This document shows, piece by piece, positions 38,474 to 57,782 of a stretch of DNA of 64,000 nt. This stretch comes from Amoebidium appalachense (taxonomy: Eukaryota; Protista; Ichthyosporea): contig CAVNZM010000003.1 in NCBI GenBank assembly GCA_963693365.1, positions 4,956,472-5,020,471 of the forward strand, in the 5' to 3' direction. The notes beneath the pieces are model-generated. The model did no database searches, was not told where the DNA came from, and saw only the letters and a list, made by a program, of their open reading frames with translations. Made by a program: the position numbers and the translations under genes. Positions within the stretch are counted from its first letter, which is position 1. Each line of letters opens with the position of its first letter.

Positions 38474-39411
38474 TATTTAGCAACTTACGGTCGCGAGCTC
38501 TGTTGGCCTATTTGCCTGCATGTCACAGCGACACACGTATGTCGATAATATGCAGTCTCACCCCCCCCCCCCCCCCCCCCCCGCCCCCTCCCCCCTCCCC
38601 CCTCCCCCTGGGGCCTACCTCTCCCCCCTCCCCCCCCCTTCCCCCCTCCCCCCCCACAACACACCCACCCCGGGCCCACCCACCTACCCCACTCCACAAC
38701 CCTGGGGGACCCCCTCCCCCCCCTCCCCCCCCCCCCCCCCCCCCCCTCCCTCCCCTCCTCCCCCGGCCCCCTCCCTCCTCCCCCCCCCCCCCCCCCCCCC
38801 CCCCCCAACCCACACACACACACACACTCATGGACCACCACCACTAGCACCACGGATAACGAAAGATTCAGCACCGTGGCACTGTCTTGGGGTTTGCTCA
38901 GTACGGACTGAAAGTGCAGGGAGTTTATCATTTTTGGATGTGTTTTCATGTTTTGTTTTCTTTTCCATGTTACAACCCTGCAACTGAATGGTTTCAAGCA
39001 GTGGGTACCCTTCTCTATCGTTGCCTTCAAATATCATTGATACAACAGTGCGAAAGAGAAAAAAACAGAAGGGGGAAAAAGGGGGGGGGGGGAGGGGGGT
39101 TTAGGGGGGTTGTGGAGATAGAAATTTTAGAGTGATTTGGAAGGAGGAAAGAAGGAGGGGAATACCCGAGGAAAGCAACCTTCAGGAAACGAATAAAAGT
39201 TATCACCGCAACTGAGCCTATTCTTTGGCGTGACTTTAAACATAAGAAAACACGTCGAAAGCTAGCACGGCAAATTGAATCCATCCATCTCACTCCCACC
39301 ACAATAACTCACTATAGCAAATTTCAAATTTTCTGAATCTATGCAGGGTGGGGAACCATGTTAACTTCCTGCATATTGGTACCCCCCTCGGCTTGCAAAC
39401 TCTCCAGACCA

Positions 39412-44554
<5,143 letters not shown>

Positions 44555-46339
44555 TTTCTTTAACTCGGGTGAACTTTTCTACTTCTAATGGCCAAGGTAA
44601 AGAAAAGGATTTGAAGACACGTCCAACATTAATATCGAAGAGAACGGTGTTTATGGAAGGTGTTGTTGCTGCGTGTATACTCCACTCAATGAACTATGTG
44701 CATTTTCATGGGACAAATTAAAACATCGTCATTCAGTGAATATCTGTACATGTCCACCTTTTTAGAGCTAACAGAGACAGACACAAGCTGGGCTCTCCTC
44801 AGTTTGAAGGTAGCAACAAGCTTCAAGTTGGTCTCATAGTTACACTAGCAAATAATTGTACCAAATCGGCACCAAAAACCGCCACGATGTTAGTAGTGCT
44901 GTGTATCGCTTCTTTCACAGCTGGAAGTGTGTGTGAGCACCTACAGGCTGTGCGCTGGCTTGGTCACGAGCAAAAAAGCAGCGCCACGTCCTAAAAATAT
45001 CACCAACCCGCACTATGCTCTGACGTAATACTGTGAGAAATGGTACTGACGTGGGGCAGGAAGATTCTTGGTGTGGTTGCAATTAGAGGGATCTGTGCAC
45101 ATGTGGCTTTATCAGCAGTGTGTGTGCACATATAGTAGTAGAGTGAGGGCCTCTCCCGGCCCAGTGTGAGTGTGTAACGTGAACAAAACGTTACTTCTTC
45201 CCGTGTCCTCCTCACTTTGGCTGGCAACCCGGTGGTGCAAAGCTGGCCAATCACACGAACTTCAAATGTACTAGGAAACATTGTATGTGATTTAAAAGCT
45301 GTTTAAAGCGTATATCTTTCCATTAAAATTGCTTTAAAGTACATTAAAGTTTTTATCTGGGGCTTTAAAAAAGATAAGTGTTGCCGTAGTTTACGATGAC
45401 TTGATAGGTGGATCTGCTCTACTAAGATCTCATTGGGCTAGAAAGCAAATAAATTCAAATATCAGTTTTATGATAGGTTTACCACGGAAACACCACCTAC
45501 TGCAGCTGTGGCATGAAGCGATACTCCGTGCCCAAACTCTTACCAACAAAAAAGGGCAGCTCTTCATTATGGCCAAATTTCGGATAAGTTGCGTTTTCAA
45601 AGCTTTTCTCTGCTACCTTGGCTAGCTAAATTTTGTTTTCGGTCTCGTGAGGCTCAGCAGCCTCAGCACTGGGTAGATCTGGTTTTACGGGATAGTTATA
45701 CGCGTTCAACTAGCATATTTTCCCCTACTGCATTGACTTGCTGAACGTTTAGCATATCAAAGCTAGGGCGCATAGACACACAAACATACAAGCCTACATG
45801 CTATGTGCTTTCAAGAACAGAATTGTTCAATAATATCAGTTTTTTTGGTAAGCATAAATGGTGGGTGGTCCCGCTGGTCCCAGTGGGTCGACTATATTAA
45901 GCTAGCTTCGCGCCTGAGGGCTCAATGAAAACATCCAAGAAATTCTGAAACAACAAGCGTCGACCGTAGAAACTCGGTCCATTTTCGAAGTCATGAAATA
46001 CCCGATAAAGCCTAAGGAGGTTAATTAAAATAACGAAATAACAAATTCGAAATTTTTATTATCTCAACATACTGTATTATAATGTTCGTGTATGAATGTA
46101 TTACAATTATTACGGTTTCTAATCTATTAAGCTATTTACATTTTTGATGTTAGACCCCCTCTTTTTGGTTCACTGTGTTGCACTCAGGTGCACTGTCGAC
46201 AGCTTCTCACGATGGGAATGATCCATTACAAGTATAATTACAATTATAGTGCAGTATTTAAGCGCCATATTAGTGTGCATAAGCGGGGTTAATAACTTCC
46301 ACAGACTATTGTAGCTATATACAGCACAAAAACACTAAC

Positions 46340-46708
46340 ATGCGCCTTCCACGAAGTAGGTCTCAGCGCATCCTCCTCTTTCTCTTGCTCTTGTCCTTAC
46401 TTCTGCTCTATCGGTCATGGACAAACACTATCAACTATTCCAATAACGGCTACTTTGTTACTTCTCTGCTGGGTTTTTGCACAAGATGGACCCCACGTTG
46501 CGAGGGTTGGTATAAGACAGAGGTATGCACCGAATACGCACACATACACACCTATTCACACACACACACACACTCTCTCTCTCTCTCTCCCCCCCCCCCC
46601 CCCCCTCTCCCTCTCTCTCTCTCTCTCTCTCTCCCTCCCTCCCTCCTCCCTCCCTCCCCCCCCACCCTCTCTCTCTCTCTCTCTCCCCCCCCCCCCCCCC
46701 CCCCCCCC

Positions 46709-46739
<31 letters not shown>

Positions 46740-49021
46740 CCCTCTCTCTCACTCTCTCTCTCTCTCTCTTTCTTCCCCTCCCTCCCTCCCTGCTTCCCCA
46801 TCTCTCTCGCTATCTTACCCCCTCTCCCCGTGTCTGTCCATCTCTGTTCCTCTCGCTCCTTCTTCCGCCCCCCCCCCCCCTCTCCCTCCCCACCCCCCAA
46901 CCCAACCTCCACGAATCTCCCCTCCCCCCCCCCCCCCTCCCAACGGCCCCCCCCCCCCCCCCCCCCCTGTCTTCCCCTCTCCCTCCCTCCCTCCCTCCCT
47001 CCCTCCCTCCCTCCCTCCCCCCCTTCCCGTCCTCCTCCCCCTCCCCGTGCCCGTCCGTCTCTTTCTCTCTGTCTCTCTTTTTTTCTCTCTCCCTCTCCCT
47101 CTCCCTCTCCCCCCCTGCCCCCCCCTCCCCCCCCCCCCTCTCTCTCTCTTTCTCTCCCCCCCCCCCCCTTTCTCTCTCTCACCCCCCTTCCCCCCCCCCC
47201 CTCCCCCCGCCTACATCCCCTTCTTCTTTTGTTCTTGCTCCCCTTGCCCCTCTGTTCTCACCACCTCCACCCCCCCACGGTCTTCTTCCATCTCTTCTCT
47301 TTGTCACGCTTGCTTGTTCCGCCCACTATCATTTTTTTCGGCCCAAGCTACACATACCCCTTTAATCTGTCTCCAGATCTTTGGCTTCCCAATCCCCTCA
47401 CCGTGTTTTACAACCACTCTTTCCGCCTTTCTGCCTGGGCTGCACACCGTTTCCATGCACGCATAATCGTGGAGGCAGCCACACTCGACCATCACCCAAA
47501 CATGCACACACCCACATCCTACATCATGCTACCGCCTACCACAGTTTATCCCGTGTTGTAAATCATTGTGTGCATGTTGATTTGGAATAATGCTGCTACA
47601 CAACAAAGTTTCTTTTCTTGCACCCGACTTGGGTCCCCCCATGAGGATGGGCTGTGCTTATTATGCTTTCTCTTAAAATTGTGGTTTGCACAGTGCATTA
47701 TTTTTTCTGTCATGAATGTTTACTCCGTACTCAATAAGGCTTTCCTTCCCCCCCCCCCCTCCCCCCCCCGCCCCTCCCCCACGTAATGTCCTTAATAAGT
47801 GTGTACTCCGTGCTCTCTAGTGCGCATCCTATCCCCTCCTTCTCCCACCTTCCCGGCCCTCCTTTCCAGCTCCCCCTTTTCCTTCACACCCAATAAACCA
47901 GAGCATAATTCACATTGCTATGTTTCTCCTGACATCTTCTAAAGCGTATGGCACCAACCTCACAAGGGGGGGATGAGGGGAGGGGGTTGGGGGGGAGGGG
48001 GGGGAGAGGGGAAGGGGGGAGAGGGGCTTGAGGTCCAGCAACTTTTTTTGATGTATTCGTCTCTACTGCTGCAGCCCCGACCTACGGGACTTCTCAGTAC
48101 TTTATTTCTTTTTTATATTTATGTTTTGTTTTTCCTGGTCGTCTCGTCACCTTGCTGTACACTCAACCCCCCCCCCCCCCCCCCCCCCCTCCCCCCCCCT
48201 TCTCGTGCTTCATTCCAGGTGCCGATAGGCACTGTATCAACATAACACATGTACACACACACACATACACACATGTGCACATACACACACGCATGTAACA
48301 CACACACACACACACACACTTGCCTCCCCGACCCCCTCCGCATCCCCCCCCCCCCCCCCTCCCCCCCCCCCCCCACACACACATACGCACACACACATGT
48401 ACACAATACACACACGCCCGACCCCCCTCCCCCCCCCCCCCCCCCCCCCCCCCTTCCCCTCGCCCCCCACACACACACCCGACCCAACACCTTTCCGCAG
48501 GCAGGCACATACACACACACACACCTAATCCCTCCTCCCCCCCCCCCCCCCCCCCCCCCGACCCCACCCCACCCCACCCACCCACCTACTCTCCTTCCTA
48601 CCTCCCCCCCTCCTACCTCCCCCCCCCCCCCCCCCCCCCAAACACACACACACACACACTCCCCCCCCCCAACACCCACAAACCCACTCCCCCCCCTCCC
48701 CCCCCCCCTAAACCCACCCACCTTCCCCCTCCCCCCCCTGCCCACCCACTCTCCTCCCCTTCCCCCCACTACACCCCCCCCCCCCCCCTCGCCCCCACCC
48801 ACACACGCACCCACTCCCCCCTCCCCCCTCCCCCCCCAACCCACCCACACACTAATCCCCCCCTAACCCCCGCCCCCACCCACCCCACCCACCCACCCCC
48901 CTCCCCCCCCCCCCCCCCCCCCCCCCCCCCGCCCCACTCTTCTCACCTCCCCCCTCCCCCCCCACTCCCTCCAAACCCACCCACTCCCCCCGCCCACCCC
49001 CCTCCACTCCCTCCAACCCCC

Positions 49022-49067
<46 letters not shown>

Positions 49068-50245
49068 ACCCACACACACACACAGGAAGACATGCCCACC
49101 TGTTGCCGCCGCAAGCTCCTCACCACCGTCAAGTCGGTCATTGATTGGTTGGAAGCAAACAACATCGACTGGGCCCTTCGAGACGGTTCCATCATTGGTG
49201 CACTCAGGCATGGGGGGTTGATACCGTGGGATGATGACGTGGACATTAGTGTCTTTTGTAACGACGAGAAGGATCTGGAAAAGGTCATTTCTTTCTCCCC
49301 CCCCTCCCACCACAACACACGAGAGCGTGCGCGCACGTGCGCGCGTACACACGCACAAGCAGACCAAAAAAATAAAAAAAAGGTTGAAAAAGGGGAGAAG
49401 GAGAAAGAAAGAACACTCATAAACGCACACAGAGAGAGAGAGAGCGCGCGCGAAAGACAGACAGACAAGTGTACGGGCACACACACACACACACGCACAC
49501 ACCATCTGCCCCCCTCTCCCCCTCCGCCAAAAACTGGGTGCTGTAGGATGTCTTTCCCCCCTTCCCCCCCCCCTCCCCCCCCCCCCCAACCCATAAAAAA
49601 ATAAAAAATAATAAAAATAGGCCCCTCTTATTTTTCATACTCGGGGATATCTCTTTATCATATCCGCCTTATGTTATCCGTTGTAGTTTTCTTTTTACTT
49701 CGTACACTGTACAGCAATCGAATCTCGGCTCTACCAACACCCACCCACCCACATGCACACATACACACTCACGCACCTACCAATTTACCCATCCCCGCCC
49801 ACTTCTTATCCTTCCATCATCCCCCCTGTTCCATTTTTCGATCTTGATCCCCATTTCAATTCCTTTCTTCCATTTTCCCATTGGATCGAATTTAGGTCGC
49901 GATTGTGTCTCACGATCGCAAATCTCAGATCGAAAATTTGATCCAAACCGAGAGATTAGGTCCGCACTGCGTAGGCAACCCCATGCGAGGCTCAGATCCT
50001 ACCGTATACTTCTCCTGTCCAAATCGCAATCGGGTGGACATGTATCTGTACATGAAGAAGGGAAACTTCCTGGAAAAAATACAATCGAATGCATATAAAA
50101 GGTAATGCCCCCCTTGTCCCCTTTCCCCTCCTCCCCCCTCCCCCCCTCCCCCCCCCCCCCCTCCCCCTGTCCCCGTTTCCCCTTTTCCTGTCTTCCCCCC
50201 CCCCCCCCCCCTCCCCCCTGTCCCCGTTTCCCCTTTTCCTGTCTT

Positions 50246-50280
<35 letters not shown>

Positions 50281-50637
50281 ACACACACCCTCTTCCCCTT
50301 CTCCCGTCGACGTTTAGTGGTGGTGCATTTCTGAATGAAGGGCAAATCTCTAGAGTAAATGAAGCGTATGCATGCAAAAGGTTGTTGCAATCCCTCCCCC
50401 TCCCCCCCCCCACCTCCCCCCCCTCCCCCCCCCCCCCCCCCCCCCCCGCCACCACCACCACACACACACACCCTCTCCTCCTTCCCGCCCTCCCCACCCA
50501 CCCACCCACCGACCCCCCCCCCACCCTCTTCTTTCCCCAGCCGCGAGGCATAGTGTGTGTCGAAGTGCCGATACTTTGGATAACCCTTTACCCCTCCAAG
50601 GTTGAAGCACATTTGAGTTGAAGAAAGAAAAGTCGTT

Positions 50638-50673
<36 letters not shown>

Positions 50674-50696
50674 GAGGGAAAAGGGGGTAGGAGGGG

Positions 50697-50731
<35 letters not shown>

Positions 50732-51379
50732 TTGTTTGTGTACAACTCTCATGAATGCACCTGTTCACAGTAGCAGGGTTCCTTGACATTGTAGAAACAC
50801 ATTTTCTGACCTACTCTTAAGGATACCTTTAATCCTCCCCCCCCTCCCCCCTTCCCACCCACCCAGCCATCCCACCCCTCCCCCTTCCCCCCTCTTCCCC
50901 CCCCATCCACGGGCATACACACAGTACACAAGCGCTCCCACATCCTTCTCGCAACTAACCCCTTTTTGCCCGCCTGTTTTTTCCCTTGTTTTTTTTGTTT
51001 CCTTTTTCATTCCTTTTGTCTGCCTCTTTTCTTTTTTTCCTTTTCCCTGTTCTTTTCTTTCGTTTTCTTTTTCTTTTCTTTCTTTCCTTTTTCCTTCATT
51101 CTCACTCACTCTCTCTCTCTTCCTACTTTTTTTATTTTCCCTCAGTGCGTATCGAATCCCCAAAGACCTCGTGTTCCCCCTTCTGCCGTGCCTATTTGAG
51201 GACATGGCTCTTCGCTGTCCCCACAAACCTCTCGACTATCTCGTCGCCACGCGCCCTGGTATGAAATTTCACGGTTATCTCATTTTCGGCGCTTATGCCC
51301 CTCCTCCTTCTCCTATCTATCTACATCTCCCCATCGTTGGTGGAAGTTGATGCATATATTTGTCGGGTTGAGCTCAACC

Positions 51380-51415
<36 letters not shown>

Positions 51416-51482
51416 AAAAAACCACCACCACCACTGCCACAACCACCGAGTCAATATAATAGTGTGTGTGTGTGTGGCACAC

Positions 51483-51566
<84 letters not shown>

Positions 51567-52178
51567 TGTGTGTGTTAAATCGGAGATTAGCTAACAACCG
51601 GGTAACTTTCAATCTATTATAACGTCCCATCAGTTACTACCATATATGGTAATAAATATTATGACGTCATTCTAAATCGAAAAACCACCCGGTAATTGGC
51701 TTATCTCAGTAGTACGTCGGTGTACATTTTCTGTATTGAACAATTAGCCGTTAAATGGGGAAGGAACGAACCGAACTCCATTCACCCTTATCATCTTTAC
51801 GCACACATCTCACAGGAGTATTCAACCTTACGCAGGGACCAAAATCACGGACTATCTAGAGCCCTCGTACAAGAACACTGAGGGAGGGAGGCCTGTCAAA
51901 CGTGATGCCACTCATGACAGGAGACAGATAAAAGCCGCGGTCTCGAGGTAACAGCCCCCCCCCCCCCCCCCCCCCCCCTCTCCCTCCCCTTTTCCTGAGG
52001 GTGGGCTCTGCTTGTGGCGCCTACTCTTTGTGTGTGCTTTGCAGTCTTTCCTTGTGTTGTCCGTAATGTGTGCTTCGTACTCTGTAACATTTCAGCCAAC
52101 GGCAGCTTGTGATGCCGTTCCGCCTTCCCCCTCCCCCCTCTCCCCCTCCCCCTCTCTCCCTCCCCCCCCCCCCCCCCG

Positions 52179-52252
<74 letters not shown>

Positions 52253-52445
52253 TCCCATTGGTATTTCCCTACGAGAAGAACAAATAAAAAGAAACCAAAA
52301 AAAAAAAAAAAAACCAGCGTCAAGGGTATCCTGTTATTTTATAAACCTAATTCCTGATTATCCCGTGGTGATATTCCCAACCAGAGATTTAGAAGTAGTT
52401 TTATACGATATTACAACCCTTAATTCATATGGGGACACGTAACGC

Positions 52446-52480
<35 letters not shown>

Positions 52481-52575
52481 CTCAATAAGTTACAATTTCT
52501 GAATATAACCATTACAAGGTATTTATAACATAATCCGTATGGGCAGATGTAACGCTCCCCCCCCCCCCCCCCCCC

Positions 52576-52609
<34 letters not shown>

Positions 52610-52837
52610 GTCCCCCCCAAATATTACAGCTCTAGGTAACGTCATTTCGAGATGTTGAATGAATTCAAGTTGGGGAGGTAATACAACTTTTCCTTTTTCT
52701 TTTCTTCTTTTCTTTTTTTTTTTCTCCCCCAGGTTTTGCTTTCTAACACCACAAGTTACAGGTTGCACGAGCTCGGCTATCCATCAATGTATGACCTTCT
52801 GGTGGAGGCGGAGGCACGCGGTGACTTTCGCACATGA
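46340..52837 (+). CDS. LicD/fukutin-family phosphotransferase, type II membrane protein, multi-exon
   Basis: N-terminal signal anchor (RILLFLLLLSLLLLYR). Exon 49086-49283 carries DGSIIGALRHGGLIPWDDDVDI. Phase-consistent exons 49896-50101 (RVDMY), 50318-50365, 51146-51258 (LVFPLLPCLFEDMALRCPHKPLDYL) and 51634-51691 (IYGNKY). Exons between 46505 and 49086 and the 3' end are uncertain. Confidence 0.85.
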
Positions 52838-53144
52838 TAATCAACCAATCATCAGGTGGTGTGCGTTGCCAAATATGGGCATGTGGCGTAGATTTCAAAT
52901 GACCTTGCCGGCGGCATTTTTTTTCTGCTGAGGTGTCCTTTTTTGGGTGCATTGTGGTTTTGTATTACTGGCGGAAATTTTGATCAACTCCCCTTCTTCC
53001 CCCCCCCCCCCCCCCCCCCCCTTCTTTTTTTTCCCCTCGTCCTCCTTCTCCCCTCCCCCTCCCCCCTCCCCCCCTTCTTCCTCTCTCTCCTGCCCCTCAC
53101 ACACATAAACACATAGTCGCACGCACACGCACACACACACACAT

Positions 53145-53211
<67 letters not shown>

Positions 53212-55229
53212 GCCTGCCTGAGAAAAAAGAAAGAAAAGAAAACCGAAGGAAAGGAAAAGTTAAAAAGTTGAAATGAAACTTTGAACTAGGGGAAACTCTC
53301 TCCAACACCACCGTCCGGCAACCAAACACCCCTTCACACACGCACGCATACACCACCACTACTACGCATGTCAAGGCTCATGTGTGCGACTTTTCTTGTG
53401 ATATGATAGAATGTGTTAACCCTGAACCGTATGACCATTATTATTACTACACAGGTGTGAATTGTCTGAACATTTGCCTACTTTGCTTATTGTACACTCA
53501 AATTATTAGGTCCTCTGAATTTATCGCTTTCTTTCATACTGTTAAACGGTCGCAACCGTAACTCATAGTTTATTTGATACTGAACATTGCATGGCCCGTA
53601 GTAGCCTTTTGTGTGCTGTCAATAGATTGATTTATTATATCTGCTTTTAGCTGGATTTAAAGTTAAAATCATCTTCTGTAGCAGATTCAAAAGGGTCATG
53701 AGGTGTACTGATCCAATGGTATGTATGCATATCGAATGTTTATGAATGCAGAACAACTTTAAAACCTAATCATAACCTATTTTTCCCCCCTTAAATAATA
53801 ATGCACCATAGGGGCTTAATTAATTTGATGACCTCTTGTTTGTTTGTAATCCACACCGCCAGTTTTGGGTTGGTGGCGACCCCACAAGGGAAAATCACAA
53901 ATCAGTATTTGGTATATACCGACCTTAAGAACTGTGTCCTTTAATGAATTTACTGTAATCAAACTTTGGAGGAATAAAGAATCCAAAAATATTGTACCGT
54001 TGACTTCAAAGTGTATAAGTCTATGTGCGATACATGCAAATTCCGCTGCGACCGGCTGCCTGATGGATAAATTGCAGCTGGGTTCCGATTCGTACATCCC
54101 AATACCTCCCTCCCCCCCCCCCCCCCCCCCCCTCCCCCCTCCCCCCCCTCCCTCCCTTTCTCTCGCTCTTTCAAGGGGTTTTCTTATAGAAAACTGGGTC
54201 GGGTCAAACCAATTTGAAGGGCGGATTTATGCAATATGATCAGCGGGCCCCCCCCTTTCCCCTTAAAAAAAAAAAGAGAGAGAGAGAAAGAAAGAAGGAA
54301 CCTCCCCCCTCCCATCCTCCCCCCCCCCCCCCCCCCCCTCCCCTCCCCCACTATAAAAAAAAAAAAAAAAAAGGAAAAGAAAGAAAAGAAAAACATACTT
54401 GGCTGTGTCGCACCGTTTTCGCTAAGTCGCTACATAGGCATGCGCACACTGCAAGGCACTACCGGGCTGCAATGGGGACTTGTTGGTTGCATTGAATAGC
54501 GCCGGCCTCACTCAGCAGGGAGCCTATATTGATGAATTAACTTTGAATTATAAAACAAGAAGCCGGTGTTTTTAGTTTCTTGTGGTGACAGCACCGAACA
54601 CGGGTACCCAATAAAAAAAAAAACCGACTGCATGCTTGAGTAGAATGTTGATGAAAGGGTAAAAAATAGAAAGGGGGTTTATCGGTTTGATTTGGAGTAA
54701 TACGAACGAACTTATTGGTGCACACCGCCACAAACTGGGAAGGTACTTAACGACACCAAGCTGCGAGCATGAATCCCCAGAACTGTTGGACTGTTGGAGC
54801 ACTGTAATTTGGTGCAATTCGTACCTATGTTCAGTGTATTTGGTATTTTGGTTCCAGTGACCTGCACAGCAACCATTGACTTGTTTTAATATGTCCATGC
54901 TCCGTTTCAAACGGGCATAAATGTCGAAAAACTCCCGTAAAAATCCCTTTAAAAAAAACCCGTGCAGCAACCTTCGTATTTGCGGTGTAAAACTGTGTGC
55001 ATCTACCTCATTGAACCCTCAAAAAACACCATCTTCGTCAATAATAATGTGGCTATTAAATACATACAATACATGCAGATCTTTATATACATCACTGAGA
55101 TCAGCACCTTGTGTCACGTTATATTTACATTTACATTCTAGCTGTACAACAATTAATTTGTGTGGCCCGTGTGTAATGTGATTGCACACAGTTTCACGAA
55201 TTCCCTTTAAAAAAACCAAAAAAAAAAAC

Positions 55230-56024
55230 CTACGCGCAAACAAGAATGTCATCAAACACTGCGTACTGCGCGCTGCTAGGAGCGTACGAGCGGTCTCCGC
55301 CCCCAAAGAAAGTGACGAAATGGAAGGTGTCAATCTTCAAATCCTCCGTTTTACGGAACATAATCCCGTCCGTGCTCTGCGTCTCCGAGTTTCCAACCCA
55401 CCCTTCCAACGACCCATCGCTGCTCTTTCCAATGTTAAGCTTGACACGCTGCGACATGTGCACCCATTCCCCGTCAGAAACGGAGGTCCCCCAATCATAA
55501 TCGTCACCGTATGCGTTGCTCTGGCCAGGATGATAAACATAACTCACCAACCGCCCACCGTCGCGCCACATGAGACGAGATGAAAATCCGTCGTATCCAC
55601 TTGACCTCTCCATCCCCGTGTTGCAGTGGCCCCCGCAGACCCCAGGAAGTTTCCCGCCCTTTTTGAAGTCGAAACCCCCCTGAAATTTCACGCGGTAGGA
55701 AATGTACACCTCGTCGGTGCTAGGCAGGTCCGCGGAGAACCACAGCGTGTAATCGGAACCGTATTTTCCGGCCGGATATTCGATTTGGAGGCCGGAGCCG
55801 CTGTATCCAGAGACGATTTTCGTCGAGTCAAACTTGTGGTTTGTTCTGTCCGTGCCGAAATCATTTCTTAGGGCACTTGCTGAGTACTGTGAACCGATGC
55901 TGAGGTTGTCAAAATCAACGGAAATGACGGGACGGGTGCCACCAACACAACCACTGGGTGCTGCGGAGGAGAGAGTGGCGAATGTGAGCCCAACGCCCAA
56001 GGTGACAACGGTGGAGGCTACCAT
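55230..56024 (-). CDS. Secreted polysaccharide lyase family 14 (alginate-lyase-like), intronless
   Basis: Signal peptide MVASTVVTLGVGLTFATLSSA. Motifs YPAG, YRVKF..GFDFKKGGKLPG, FSSRLMWRDGG, SYVYHP, SDGSLEGWV, TFFGG. Confidence 0.88.
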   Translation of the reverse strand: MVASTVVTLGVGLTFATLSSAAPSGCVGGTRPVISVDFDNLSIGSQYSASALRNDFGTDRTNHKFDSTKIVSGYSGSGLQIEYPAGKYGSDYTLWFSADLPSTDEVYISYRVKFQGGFDFKKGGKLPGVCGGHCNTGMERSSGYDGFSSRLMWRDGGRLVSYVYHPGQSNAYGDDYDWGTSVSDGEWVHMSQRVKLNIGKSSDGSLEGWVGNSETQSTDGIMFRKTEDLKIDTFHFVTFFGGGDRSYAPSSAQYAVFDDILVCA

Positions 56025-56419
56025 TTTCTATGCTGCGGGTTTTGTAGCACAGGACTTGGTGGTGGAAAGCTTTAGTCGGTGTAGATACTTGCGTTGTTTT
56101 GCAGTAGTAACCTGTGTGCCTCAAAAGTTGACGTGCGGGTTTGCCTTGCCAACGTTCCACTCCGAGTCGGTGAAAGAAAAAGAAGAAAAAAAATGATAAA
56201 CCCAAGTCAACTGAGTGAAGTGCCGACTACCCAAGTTGTGTTGTGATGGTAAAAAGTGGTTTAAATGCGCCTTTTTGTGCCCGCGTTGCTTGGGCGCAAA
56301 CAAAGCGCAAACAAGCGTAAAGTTTGTAAACGCGCACCATACTGTGCCGCCATAGGATTGTGCCCGGGAAAAAATGCGTGCATGGCCTATCTCAAACCAA
56401 TGAAAGAGCACGTGTCGCC

Positions 56420-56600
56420 CGGTTCAACCAATCGGAAATCCCCGGGCTAGCCCCGCCCGATCCGGATTCCTGGGCCAAGCCTGGGATCCAATCAACGAGC
56501 ACCGTGAGATTGGAATCCGAAGCGGCTTTCCTGGACGCCAATCCGAGGAAGCTTTCGCACTTCATGAACCATTGCTGATCTATTTTATTGACCAATCAGT
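56420..56600. promoter_or_regulatory. Cluster of five CCAAT boxes upstream of the PL14 gene
   Basis: CCAATC/GATTGG near 56428, 56488, 56508, 56538 and 56592, about 400-570 bp upstream of the ATG. Function is inferred. Confidence 0.4.
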
Positions 56601-56827
56601 GAAGAATCTTGCCTGGCCGCGTGATTTTCTAGATCTCTGCCATGATGCTTCAAACGGTTCAAATGTTCAATCTTCGGAGCAGAACAGAAAGTATAGTTGT
56701 TACTAGACTCCGCTTCTAGTTTTAAATGCCTTTGTATTTTAGACACTCTTCCGAAGCCTGTCTTTGATTACTTTATGTCTTTTGAGATAAATCAAATTCA
56801 CACGGAAACATACTATCGGTTCTGGGT

Positions 56828-57058
56828 CAGGCTGCGAACTAAGGGGGTTGAGGGCCAGAAAATTGCCCATGAAAGCCCGAAAATTGTCCCTAACTTTTTG
56901 AGGTTAGGTCCATCAGTTTTCCAAAAATTGGCCCTAACAGAGCCAAATATATAAGAAAATACACCCAAAAACGGTTGTTGGCTCTGTTATGATAGGGCCA
57001 TCCAGGCTGGTGGAAAGTTACCAAAGTGGCACCAGCCAAAAATGAATTTCACACCCTG
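56828..57058. mobile_element. hAT-like MITE, 231 bp
   Basis: Imperfect TIR CAGGCTGCGAACT / CAGGGTGTGAAAT. 8-bp TSD TTCTGGGT (56820-56827) / TTCTAGGT (57059-57066). Confidence 0.65.
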
Positions 57059-57112
57059 TTCTAGGTTTTGGCCCAGGTAACGTTCAACATTGCCAACATG
57101 ACCGATATCGAT

Positions 57113-57782
57113 TAGGGCCTTATGAAAATATCCTGTTTTTCGCCCTGAGTATCAACCGGGATATATCACGAAAATATCGCCTTAGCCCCTGAATATCCCC
57201 CTATTTTTTCTGAGAGCGCCCTGAGTATCATTACAACATATCCCGAAAACGTCCCTGATCATGAATATCAAAAGATATATCAAAAGTATCCCGTCAAGCC
57301 CCTGATTATCATACACAAGTATCCCGGCCAAATTAGCCTTTTGGGCAAACCTATCGTACGTATATCTCTCACCATGGCCAAAGGCAGAGTATACGCCCAA
57401 ATATACCTTTCTGCTGTGAGTCCCTTTTACAGAACTAAAAAGGCAATGTATAACTCTGCTATTACAAAGCTTTTTGAAATAATCTGTGTGTTTGCATTGG
57501 TCGTTTGACGTTCACCAAGATCAAATCTCGCTTGTAAGGTCCCCCACATGCATATGGCCATTTCTTATAGATAACATAAAACAAAAAGGGCCGGATATAT
57601 CTTGCTCCTTGGCCCTGGAAATATCACACTTCGGTGGATACCAAAAGATATATTTTTTGCGCCCCATCCCTGAATATCACGGGATACATCCCAAGCAGGA
57701 CCTTAATATCACGAGATATTTCAGGTATCCAGGACACCCCTGAATATCACCGTGATACCCGGGATATTTTCATAAGGCCCTA
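57113..57782. mobile_element. hAT-superfamily MITE, 670 bp
   Basis: Perfect 20-bp TIR TAGGGCCTTATGAAAATATC. Perfect 8-bp TSD ATATCGAT (57105-57112 and 57783-57790). Many subterminal CCTGA(A/G)TATC repeats. Confidence 0.92.

Noticed and set aside
50541-50600. Apparent exon in the LicD gene (CCCCAG|...AAG|GT)
   Set aside because: It introduces a stop in the running phase; exon 50318-50365 joins 51146 directly in frame.
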